Position numbers and translations under genes: made by a program
The notes under the pieces: model-generated
Databases searched by the model: none
The model's input: only the letters and a program-made list of their open reading frames with translations
Told to the model about the DNA's origin: nothing
Shown here: positions 8,807 to 16,631 of the stretch, one piece after another
Position numbering within the stretch: the stretch's first letter is position 1
Layout of the letters: every line of letters starts with the position of its first letter
Origin: Candidatus Poribacteria bacterium WGA-3G
GTDB taxonomy: Bacteria > Poribacteria > WGA-4E > WGA-3G
NCBI GenBank assembly: GCA_000406005.1
Contig: ASZN01000008.1
Location: 19,327 to 83,326 of the forward strand
Length of the DNA stretch: 64,000 nucleotides
Direction: 5' to 3'

Positions 8807-9580
8807 GCAGGATTCGTCTGCAAGCGGTCCACCTGATGAAATGGCGTGAATTGGTTTCTGCAATATAGGTGCTAATTCCAACGCTTTCTCCAGCGATACC
8901 CAGTTAATTTGTGCCGACTTGTAAAAACGTAACATCAGTGCTTGCAATGTTTCCTCTTGGATGATCGCTTCTGTGAATTTAGCATCTTGTAAAACGTCTT
9001 GTTTTCCTGCGCAGAGTTCCATTTGCGGGCAAAAGCCGATGTCCGCTCCGCAGAGTCCATCTCTAATTCTCCACCGTGCATCAAAGTTCAGTGTGGCTTC
9101 TGGAACGTGCATCTTAAAGGCGGCAACTCTCTTTTCGACCCGATCAATCACCAGATGTCCGGCAAACTGTGATGGCGCAAACCAACCTTTTTCTAAGACG
9201 AATTCCGCGTGAATACGGAACAGAATCTCAGCAAACGCATCATTGTAGGCGCGTAGACATGCCCACAAACCGAAAGAATCCGCTCCAGCAACGTCTAACT
9301 CCAATTGTGGATTTGGACTGAGTTGCCGCAGCAGCGTTAGTGCGCCTTCTTCTTCAATCTGCCAGCATTCACTGACCGAAACCGGTTCCTGTGGCAAAAA
9401 TGCTTGAAAAACAGAGACAGGATATTGCTTCTCCGGTTCAGCAGCCTTTAGATTCGCCAATTCGTCCCAATCCACGTGATAGTCGCGTTGCGTGTATTCA
9501 ATCGGGGCGATGAAGCCTTTGACAGACACTTCTGCATCACCGTCAAGGTTAAGTGCAATTTTATTGTTGAAAGTTTTCAT
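8804..9580 (-). CDS. N-terminal portion of the same protein; terminates at a TGA inside a thioredoxin-like active-site motif
   Basis: ATG 9580 with AAGGAAG RBS. The C-terminal end INWVSLEKALELAPILQKPIHAISSGGPLADESC-TGA resembles the W..l..Al..A....KPi.......adWC start of Thioredoxin_7/DsbD-like domains. Confidence 0.65.
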   Translation of the reverse strand: MKTFNNKIALNLDGDAEVSVKGFIAPIEYTQRDYHVDWDELANLKAAEPEKQYPVSVFQAFLPQEPVSVSECWQIEEEGALTLLRQLSPNPQLELDVAGADSFGLWACLRAYNDAFAEILFRIHAEFVLEKGWFAPSQFAGHLVIDRVEKRVAAFKMHVPEATLNFDARWRIRDGLCGADIGFCPQMELCAGKQDVLQDAKFTEAIIQEETLQALMLRFYKSAQINWVSLEKALELAPILQKPIHAISSGGPLADESC

Positions 9581-9714
9581 TTCTTTTCTAAACTTCCTTT
9601 TCAGTATAGGATATTATCATCTATACACAAAATTGGATGCACTTCTACGGGTTATCAAGGCTTCTTTTGTACCATAGGAAACCGTTAGTTTGTGGGTTCG
9701 GTTGCAAACCGCAC

Positions 9715-10016
9715 GATATGTGTCAATTTAGCGATTTTCGTTGGCGTTTTAGCAGGGATGATATAAATATGCCACCCTTACAGGGTTGGAGGCTTTCCCC
9801 AACGCCTTTCTATAAACATACCGTCGTTACACGACTCAAAAGGTTTTTGAAGCCTTCAAGATTTCCGTGTAAAATCCGGTTCGGTTAGGAAACCGAACCT
9901 ACCAGGTCTGGGTCTGGGACGGGATTCAAGAGAGTTTTGAAGCCTTCAAGGTTTACGCATAGGATCCGGTTTGATTAGGAAACCGAACCTACCGGGCCTG
10001 GCTGTCCAAAATTGGA
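9715..10016. repeat. MITE-like intergenic element, copy A (degenerate, with internal duplication); paralog of 45151..45388
   Basis: Shares TGTCAATTTAGCGATTTT...CCCTTACAGGG...CTATAAACAT...GAAGCCTTCAAGGTTTCCG..ATCCGGTTCGGTTAGGAAACCGAACCTACC with the 45.1-kb copy. The GGTTCGGTT-AGG-AAACCGAACC hairpin segment occurs twice (9878-9899, 9968-9989). Confidence 0.7.
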
Positions 10017-10079
10017 TTAAAAAGCTGAGAATGGAATGGTTCTGGGTCTGGGGTCAGGGTCATTCAATTGTACGATTTC

Positions 10080-10926
10080 TCATTTTATGAGGTTAACTGC
10101 GAGTTTAGGTTCTGAAGCAAAAAGTTGAAGTGCGTCGGTGATTTTTGTATGTCCAGTGAATCGTAAAACAGAGAGTGCTGTGTTTCGCATGGCTGCCATG
10201 ACTTGAGGGATAACCCCTGTTCGGACGCATGACGCATCTTCTTGAAAGACGGTATCTCGGACCCAGTGGAGTTTATTCTCAATCGTTCAATGCTCTCGCC
10301 GGAGTTTGAGCAAGTCAGCTGCTGAGGCCCGTTCGGGTGTCAGACTTGTGATACCATACTGCACGTGGCACTTGATCTGTGCTGTTTTTTTTACACTTTT
10401 GGTGTGTGGTGTATTGATAAACTTGCTGGAGTCCGGGCCAGTCGGTGTGTTCCGTCAAGAGTGTGCTTGCGGTGAGGGTGCGTGTGGTCGTCCTACCTTT
10501 TGCGTCTTCTGCGTGAAGGTTTTCAAAGCGGCGTTGGTTGACTTCAGGGGGATCTGTTTCATCAAGGGGTTCAAAGAGGTCTCGAATATCTTCAAACAAC
10601 TGCTTCTGATTCGCTTTCACGGGGAGGCAGTCATCTGCTTGACGGTCAAGGATTTCTTGACAAAACTTGCGTTGCGTCAAAAGTGCGTCCGTGGTGATGA
10701 CGAGACCTGTGACATCAAACGCCTTCAGGAGTTCAATGGAAATAGGGATTTCATTGGTCTTTTCACTCACGGCACATTCTGCGATAGGGATGCCTAACTC
10801 ATGAAGAACCGCTGCGAGGAGATGTGTCCTACGGGCATCTTCGGTATGACTGTTGCCTAAGGTCTTGCCATTTATGGCAAGTCCCTTCAAGTCAGCCATG
10901 GATATGCTTACGGGACTAATTAGCAC
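10080..10926 (-). mobile_element. ISAs1-family transposase remnant (5'-truncated, frameshifted, one nonsense codon)
   Basis: 10315..10926 gives LAINGKTLGNS...EKTNEIPISIELLKAFDVTGLVITTDALLTQRKFCQEILDRQADDCLPVKANQKQLFEDI, the ISAs1 DDE core. After a frameshift, own translation gives YGITSLTPERASAADLLKLRREH*TIENKLHWVRDTVFQEDASCVRTGVIPQVMAAMRNTALSVLRF...LIK*, the ISAs1 C-terminus. A TGA (10287-10289) replaces the conserved Trp. The N-terminal third is missing. Confidence 0.8.
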
Positions 10927-11245
10927 AAGTCGTTACTCTACCATATTTCGCCTGAGTAAGCTAAGGATGCGGGTAAAAAAACAGACTACGTTGCTGTCAC
11001 TAATTAGGACGCGATTTAAAACACAAAAGGTTGCATAGTGAAAAAAAAATGATTTATTGTAGGGGTGATATCCTGAGCGCGTTGGACAACTCATACCACA
11101 TGCAATTTGCGTTCTCAAAGGCGTTCAGTCGCGATTCGGCGGGTACGTCCCTACGGAAAATGTATTAACTTATTTAACGTGAGTTCCATAAAAAAATAGG
11201 AGTTTTTTATGGAGACCCCCTTTGGTATAATGAACTTGGGTTATA

Positions 11246-11887
11246 TTAATGGCCCTTTTCACCTTCTCGCGTATCGCGTAGGACTTCCTGATACCTTTCT
11301 TCATTTTCTTGGCTTGGAAATAGGACACTGATCGCTTTCACGTACGCAAGATTTTCCTCAGCAGTCATAATGACTTCATTACCATCTTCCGCATTTTGTG
11401 CAGCTCTGAATGGAAAATACTTCAGAAATATATCTATTTCCGGTATATCCCCATGTTTCGCTATTAAAGCCTTCCTGTTTCTTTCAATTAACTCTTCAAC
11501 TGGTATTTCAGAGAAGTGCGGTTCAGGTTCAGGCGCGGGTTTAGTTGGGTCTAACTTCAGAGAATCACCCAAATCATTATTGGCAGCTTGTCTGGCTTGT
11601 TGTTCCTTAGCAGATTTTACAATCTCAGTTTCATTGTGAATTCTCTGTGTGGTCGGCGAGTAATGATCTCCTTCTGAACGGCTTTGTTTTGGGTCTCGTT
11701 CGACCTGTGTATGTTGTGTAACAACATGTTCAGGTGATTTTTCTGTTTTTGTCTCTATCCTTTTGGTTTGTTTTATTGGACGGTTAGGTAAGCTTTTTTC
11801 AAATTCATTCAATCTATATTCTGTATAGGCATAGAAACCTGCTAATATAACAACCATTGCTATTACGATGTACACTGCATTTCTCAC
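11246..11887 (-). CDS. Hypothetical membrane-anchored protein (KHGDIPEI motif family)
   Basis: N-terminal TM helix AVYIVIAMVVILAGFYAY, a charged linker, then a C-terminal LIAKHGDIPEIDIFLKYF...AYVKAISVLFPSQENE segment resembling the repeats of 4107..4904. AT-rich. Confidence 0.55.
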   Translation of the reverse strand: MRNAVYIVIAMVVILAGFYAYTEYRLNEFEKSLPNRPIKQTKRIETKTEKSPEHVVTQHTQVERDPKQSRSEGDHYSPTTQRIHNETEIVKSAKEQQARQAANNDLGDSLKLDPTKPAPEPEPHFSEIPVEELIERNRKALIAKHGDIPEIDIFLKYFPFRAAQNAEDGNEVIMTAEENLAYVKAISVLFPSQENEERYQEVLRDTREGEKGH

Positions 11888-11958
11888 TGTTATTCCTCCT
11901 TATAATGTGGTGTTGCCTATTGTTTACTTTTCTCAAAGAAAACAATAGGCGTTAATTT

Positions 11959-12195
11959 TTAGACTTCTCCACTGGTTGGTGTACAGTCTGTAAGATAATT
12001 ATAGTAGTAAGTGTTGATATAGATAGTCGTCATTTGGTGTGAGCCGTTTGGATCATGAGGTTCAAGAACAGTAGAATATCCATATATTAACCTGACATCT
12101 ACTATTTGACCGTAGTGACAAATATCAACTATATACCACCCATAACTTGCAACCGTTTTAGGGTGTGCCTGCACTTCAAGTATAGATGTTTCCAT
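11959..12195 (-). CDS. Small hypothetical protein (78 aa)
   Basis: ORF only. It sits between two same-strand genes and has no recognisable motifs. Confidence 0.2.
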   Translation of the reverse strand: METSILEVQAHPKTVASYGWYIVDICHYGQIVDVRLIYGYSTVLEPHDPNGSHQMTTIYINTYYYNYLTDCTPTSGEV

Positions 12196-12297
12196 TGCTA
12201 CTGCGCAACAAGGGCTTCCAGTGCTTTCTCAACGGGATATTTAAGAGGGAAAGCTTCAAACTTTCCCTCCATCTGTGGTTTCTGTATGGGGACATCC

Positions 12298-13482
12298 TTA
12301 CTTCGGCGCGGGCTGACGGTTTGGGGTGCCTTTTTCAAGTTGCGTTTCAAGTTGCGCCGCAATATCGGGATCCTCCGCTTTGAGCCTACGCAAGCCTTCT
12401 TCGCGACCATATTGCTGCAAAAGTTGTTGGGCACGATTCGCGCGTTCTTGGAAACTCTTCTTCGGTTCTACAACCTCACCCTCAGTAATTTCATTTGGGA
12501 GTGGCGTTATTCCAGCGTGTTCATGCATGCCGGCAGCCTCATGTTCCATATCTATTGTGTGAGCGGATGGAATTGGATTCGGTGGCGGCGGTTCTGCTTG
12601 AATTGTTGCCATCTCATCGCGCAGTTTTTCCTGGACAGTAGGATAATCACTTTCGTTGAGCATCGCGTTTAAAGTCACTGAGTCGTCGGGTAGAAGTTCA
12701 AGTGCCTCAAAGAAGGTATTGTATTTAAAATCTATACGCGTGTCGGTATCTCGGAAATTTTGTTCTGAAAGCGGCGCGTCCCTTGGGTACGCCCCCATTT
12801 TCATCTTTTCGTGATAGTATTCCTCAACAATTGCCGATTCATCAGGGGCATTTTCTTTCATCCATGTTCGAAGGTATCTTATCGGTTCAGTCTGACGAGT
12901 CACCTCAGAGCCCTCCTGATTCCACCTATTTGCCAGACGGGACCTTTCAAGTCTTGTCTGCTCTTCTTCAGTTAACCCGAAGAGTTCCTCTTTCAGTTCC
13001 AGAAACCGTTGCGCCTCCAATGGTGGTAGGACGGTGCTATTTGGTCGGATCTTTACGCCTTCCGGGGGCTGCGGTATCAAGCTATGTCCAATGAGATGAT
13101 AATATTCGGTCATTTTTGGGTCACCCTCCCCAAGCTCTATTGCGATGGCATGCATTTTCTCAATGGCCAGTTCCGGGGACGTATCTTTTAGTTTCATCGC
13201 TGGCGCGAAAGCAGCTAAAATGCCCTTGTCACTCAGCACCGTGGGCGGATCACTCTTTTTACCTTCCGCTTCTATGACGTTTTCTGTTTCCTCAGTCGTT
13301 TCACTCTCAGGAGATTGTGTTGTATCCTCTGGTCCGTGACTATGCGGGGTGCCTCCTGGGTGCGTATGAACATTTGGATCTACTTTCGCCGCCTCTTTCT
13401 CACAACCCGAGCACCCTAACAAAGTTAGCAGCGGTGTCAAAAGAAGGAAAGAAAAGACAATTCTTACGATATCTTTTTTCAC
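12298..13482 (-). CDS. Hypothetical lipoprotein
   Basis: Start trimmed to GTG 13482 (GGAGGG RBS 9 nt upstream). Signal VKKDIVRIVFSFLLLTPLLTLLGC with a lipobox Cys, followed by a His/Pro/Glu-rich linker. Downstream of a sigma-54-type promoter at 13748-13763. Confidence 0.6.
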   Translation of the reverse strand: MKKDIVRIVFSFLLLTPLLTLLGCSGCEKEAAKVDPNVHTHPGGTPHSHGPEDTTQSPESETTEETENVIEAEGKKSDPPTVLSDKGILAAFAPAMKLKDTSPELAIEKMHAIAIELGEGDPKMTEYYHLIGHSLIPQPPEGVKIRPNSTVLPPLEAQRFLELKEELFGLTEEEQTRLERSRLANRWNQEGSEVTRQTEPIRYLRTWMKENAPDESAIVEEYYHEKMKMGAYPRDAPLSEQNFRDTDTRIDFKYNTFFEALELLPDDSVTLNAMLNESDYPTVQEKLRDEMATIQAEPPPPNPIPSAHTIDMEHEAAGMHEHAGITPLPNEITEGEVVEPKKSFQERANRAQQLLQQYGREEGLRRLKAEDPDIAAQLETQLEKGTPNRQPAPK

Positions 13483-13569
13483 TTTGTAAAACCCTCCTAT
13501 CTGAATATGTAAATGAACAACTCTTTTTTTCTTATTCACACCCATAAAAAAAAAAGTTCCAATCAAATT

Positions 13570-13641
13570 AGGACTTACGCAATTTTCTTATAGGTCGCTA
13601 CGACTACACGCCGCTGGCGAGGAGGCTGCGTAGTAAGTCCT
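13570..13641. repeat. Short TIR element (AGGACTTACGC ... GCGTAGTAAGTCCT)
   Basis: Terminal inverted repeats of the same family as 7411-7502, 21880-21999 and 29531-29649. Confidence 0.65.
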
Positions 13642-13747
13642 ACAAATATTATACCGTTTCTGAATCGTTGGAACCTGATGCCCGGAATCTAAGGCAAAAT
13701 GTTAGGAACGGCAGAACAGCAAAAACGGAAGAGGCTCATGTAAGTGA

Positions 13748-13763
13748 GCAAGAACTGTGCCAA
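13748..13763 (-). promoter_or_regulatory. Sigma-54 (-24/-12) promoter, orphan duplicated copy
   Basis: The minus strand reads TTGGCACAGTTCTTGCT, a match to TGGCAC-N5-TTGC. Confidence 0.65.
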
Positions 13764-13873
13764 TTGGTGAAATCGTGATATCCATCCCTTTTATACCTTT
13801 GTCCGTCAAGGTAGGACGCGGGATCCAGGCTGTACGCGGTATGATCGGGTTGCTTAAAGTTGTTTTTCGTCGA

Positions 13874-13984
13874 GTGTTCCAAAATGGAACACATTTGGAA
13901 GCCGTGTAGGTTGCGGAGCCTTTGATAGAGCGGGTTTCAGTGTGTTGTGTTCCAATATGGAACAGTGTCCCATATTGGAACAAC
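13874..13984. promoter_or_regulatory. Three palindromic enhancer-like sites TGTTCCA-N3-TGGAACA
   Basis: GTGTTCCAAAATGGAACAC (13874-13892), GTGTTCCAATATGGAACAG (13947-13965) and GTGTCCCATATTGGAACAA (13965-13983), lying 110-235 bp upstream of the -24/-12 element. Confidence 0.6.
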
Positions 13985-13988
13985 ATTT

Positions 13989-14135
13989 TTACGGCAGCAG
14001 GTTATATTTCTTCATTTTCCGATAAAGTGTGTTTCTACCGATGCCCAACTGCTGTGCGGCATCAGACATATTACCGTCTGTCACTTTGAGGGCGTGGACG
14101 ACGGCTCTCCGTTCAACTTCGTCGAGTGGAAAAAT
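13989..14135 (-). pseudogene. C-terminal Fis-type HTH fragment of a sigma-54-dependent activator (no AAA+ domain, no start codon)
   Basis: Own translation: ...FPLDEVERRAVVHALKVTDGNMSDAAQQLGIGRNTLYRKMKKYNLLP*. This is near-identical to the C-terminus of 20878..21858. Homology ends abruptly at ~14128. Confidence 0.8.
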
Positions 14136-14251
14136 AAATGTCAGGGGTTTTTCTGTCTGAATCGCGGATTAGGCGGATGACGCAGATGGCGCGGATTTTA
14201 AGACATCCTATTGTCAAATCATTGCTTCTATATCGCGGTAAAAATACCTCT

Positions 14252-15193
14252 TTATGGTGTTTTTTGTTGTCTTTTCACACGCCTATTCAAAGCAAAGGCA
14301 ACACCCGCCAGAATTATTTCCGCCGACAACATCCATATCCGACACAACAGTGCGACGAGGGTCGCTTGCGGTGCTGGCATGTAGTTTGCTAATAAGAGTC
14401 CTAAAAGCCCTTCCCGAATGCCCAATCCACCCGGGGTTAGGAAACTTAAAAACCCGATGACCCACGCAAAAGCAAAGCAGGCGGTGAGAACGCCAGCGTC
14501 TGTCCACTGGACAGGTGCGAAACTTTGGACAAAGAGGAAAAAGGCGAACCCTTGGCATATCCACAGCAGGATGTGTCCCGCGATAACGTTCATCCAAAGT
14601 CTTGAATGTTGTCCGAGTGATGTGAGTGTTTTGAGGAACTCCCGCGCGTGGGTGGATACCTTTGGAATCAGAAACAGGGTTCCTATGAGAATACCGATGC
14701 AAACGAGGCTCAAAAGCGTAGTATGTCCTGATATTTTATCAAGCATGCCTACTGCGGTGTCCCGCATTTTCGGTGAAAAGAGGAGTGATAAACCGATAAG
14801 TCCACCGAGTGCGGTTTCAATCCCGACGTGTAAGGTCAGGCTACTGCCGACAGCCGTTTTGCTGATTCCGAACTGATGGCTGAGCGCGAGGAGTCTCACG
14901 ACACCCCATATCCGTCCGGGGAGGTAGCGTGTGATGTTCGCAAGATGGAAGAGCGTGAAGGCGTTACGAAAAGGGACATGTTTTTCTGTGATACCGCTGA
15001 GAAGTGTTGCAAAGGGATTAAGATAAACGCTCCAATAAAAGAGTATCGCACCGAAAGAGCAAACCAACCAACCCCAATGTATTTGAAATGTGGCATCCTT
15101 GAGTTCGATGCGCGTCTGTAAAAACGGTTTAATGAGAAAATAGAGGAGTATCCCGGCGATAAGATATCCGAGAGATTGTCGGAGTGTTTTCAT
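14252..15193 (-). CDS. Flippase-like / lysylphosphatidylglycerol-synthase TM-region (UPF0104) family membrane protein
   Basis: Start trimmed to ATG 15193 (MKTLRQSLGYLIAG). Multi-pass membrane protein with the family motif FLTPGGLGIREG. Confidence 0.75.
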   Translation of the reverse strand: MKTLRQSLGYLIAGILLYFLIKPFLQTRIELKDATFQIHWGWLVCSFGAILFYWSVYLNPFATLLSGITEKHVPFRNAFTLFHLANITRYLPGRIWGVVRLLALSHQFGISKTAVGSSLTLHVGIETALGGLIGLSLLFSPKMRDTAVGMLDKISGHTTLLSLVCIGILIGTLFLIPKVSTHAREFLKTLTSLGQHSRLWMNVIAGHILLWICQGFAFFLFVQSFAPVQWTDAGVLTACFAFAWVIGFLSFLTPGGLGIREGLLGLLLANYMPAPQATLVALLCRIWMLSAEIILAGVAFALNRRVKRQQKTP

Positions 15194-15239
15194 TCGTTTC
15201 TCAAAGCGATGATCAGTTCGCCTAAAAGCCCGATAGCAC

Positions 15240-16259
15240 TTAGGAGGATACCGGTGAGGATGCCGAGCCCACCGAGGTACCCAATTGCATCCAAACGTAC
15301 CCAAGTGCAAGTGCAAAACTTGCAAGCACTAACCCAAGAGACAGATTTCTGGCGTGTGGACGGAGTTTTTCTGCAAGCGATGATTTGGTGATTAGGAAGT
15401 GTCGGAGGGCTCGAATCCCTAATAGAACAAGTGGTGGCATCAGCACAAAGGCAAATAGGTGCTTTGTGAAACCCTCTCCACTCCGATAGGCAGGCGATGC
15501 CAGGTAAAGCGTCGGCACAAAAGTGCCTACCCACAAGGAATATAGTCGCAATCCTTTATCTTCCTCGGAGGTAATAAACCTCCAGAGTTCCATAACGAGG
15601 ATGACACTAACGAACACGCCGAAGCCTTCCCAACTCATACCCCCGAGGAAAATAGAGAAACCTGAAGCGAGCGTTAAGAACAGTCGCCAGCGAGACGATT
15701 GCGTCTGTAGGGACGCAAGATAGGTTGTGACTGCGAAAATTCCTAACATCAGACACCAGCTGTCCCTATCGCTGAAGCCCGCGGCACTGCGTTCAACGAT
15801 ACCGGGGAGCGTTGCTAAAAATATACCAACGATGCTTGAAAAGAGCAAACCAAAGCTCCGGAAAAGGAAAAGGCAAAGCACAGCTAACCCTAACACAAAA
15901 CAGACAGCAGGCGAAAACAGTGAGACCTGATAGAGAGAGACATTCGGAAAGAGAACTTTGATTGCTTTGTGCGTGTAAGCGACACCGTAAGCGTACGCAT
16001 TCAGACTTTGTTCATAGTCTCTGCCGAGGGGGAGCCAGCGGCGCATATCGCGCGCGGGCAGCCTGCCCTGTTCAGACACGATTTGCGCTTGCCAATAGTG
16101 GACGTACGGATCGTTTCCGGTAAATTGTCCTTCCGGAATGTTCGGAACGCCTTGAATGCGAATATAGAAGGCAACGATCAGAATAGCACCCAAGAGTACC
16201 CACGGAAGGAAGGCACGTGCGGGTTTCCAAAGCGGTATTAATTTTTCTAAATACTTCAT
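15240..16259 (-). CDS. Polytopic membrane protein resembling the N-terminal membrane domain of STT3/AglB- or GT39-type glycosyltransferases; apparently C-terminally truncated
   Basis: TM-rich with GNDPYVHYW, WLPLGRD and GFSDRDSW loop motifs reminiscent of GT-C enzymes. At 339 aa it is about half the usual length, and the 3' end runs into a GT2 C-terminal remnant in another frame. Confidence 0.45.
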   Translation of the reverse strand: MKYLEKLIPLWKPARAFLPWVLLGAILIVAFYIRIQGVPNIPEGQFTGNDPYVHYWQAQIVSEQGRLPARDMRRWLPLGRDYEQSLNAYAYGVAYTHKAIKVLFPNVSLYQVSLFSPAVCFVLGLAVLCLFLFRSFGLLFSSIVGIFLATLPGIVERSAAGFSDRDSWCLMLGIFAVTTYLASLQTQSSRWRLFLTLASGFSIFLGGMSWEGFGVFVSVILVMELWRFITSEEDKGLRLYSLWVGTFVPTLYLASPAYRSGEGFTKHLFAFVLMPPLVLLGIRALRHFLITKSSLAEKLRPHARNLSLGLVLASFALALGYVWMQLGTSVGSASSPVSS

Positions 16260-16621
16260 TATGTTCCTACAAATGGAAAGCGTACTGCCAACCGAGGATG
16301 AGTTTCCATGAAGGTCAGTTTGTCATGCGGGGCGAACATGACACCGAACCCATGCATCTGCATTTGCATGGCGGTAGGTGCCATCATAAAGTCTTTTAGC
16401 ACATCGACAGTTTCAACGGTGGAGGTGCCAGATTGCAGTCCTTGCATGCCCATCGCCATGAAGCGATAGGAAAACATAACTTCACCGGTCTTATGTCCAT
16501 GGTCACCCATTACGCCGATAGGGGCGTGGCTATCCGGACGGGACTTTGGCGTATCTGCGGATGTCCAAGCAAGTGCGTAAAAAAACAGATAACAGGTTAA
16601 AAGTAAATAAGAACTTTTCAA
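16259..16621 (-). CDS. Small secreted His/Met-rich protein (possibly a truncated outer-membrane/metal-related protein)
   Basis: Start trimmed to TTG 16621 (AAGGAG RBS 6 nt upstream). Signal peptide KSSYLLLTCYLFFYALAWTSA. Also GVMGDHGHKTGEVMFSYRFMAMGMQG and MMAPTAMQMQMHGFGVMFAPH. The stop overlaps the next start (TAATG). Confidence 0.45.
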   Translation of the reverse strand: MKSSYLLLTCYLFFYALAWTSADTPKSRPDSHAPIGVMGDHGHKTGEVMFSYRFMAMGMQGLQSGTSTVETVDVLKDFMMAPTAMQMQMHGFGVMFAPHDKLTFMETHPRLAVRFPFVGT

Positions 16622-16631
16622 GAACGTCTCC

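Noticed and set aside
10287-10289. The TGA at the conserved Trp position of the ISAs1 transposase considered as evidence for UGA recoding (Trp/Sec), or as support for the selenoprotein call.
   Set aside because: The same gene also has a frameshift and a missing N-terminus. There is no hairpin after the TGA. Confident genes such as Gfo/Idh/MocA (2479) and GT4 (24068) terminate on TGA at family-typical lengths. Simple decay is the better explanation.
15405-15420. GGGCTCGAATCCCT, which resembles a tRNA T-arm.
   Set aside because: It lies inside a coding region. I could not build an acceptor stem, anticodon arm or D-arm around it.
15190-15534. ORF 15190..15534 considered as a real 114-aa gene.
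   Set aside because: Only the last ~35 residues look protein-like (GT2 terminal helix). The remainder is out-of-frame translation of the GT-C-like gene. It is treated as a relic.
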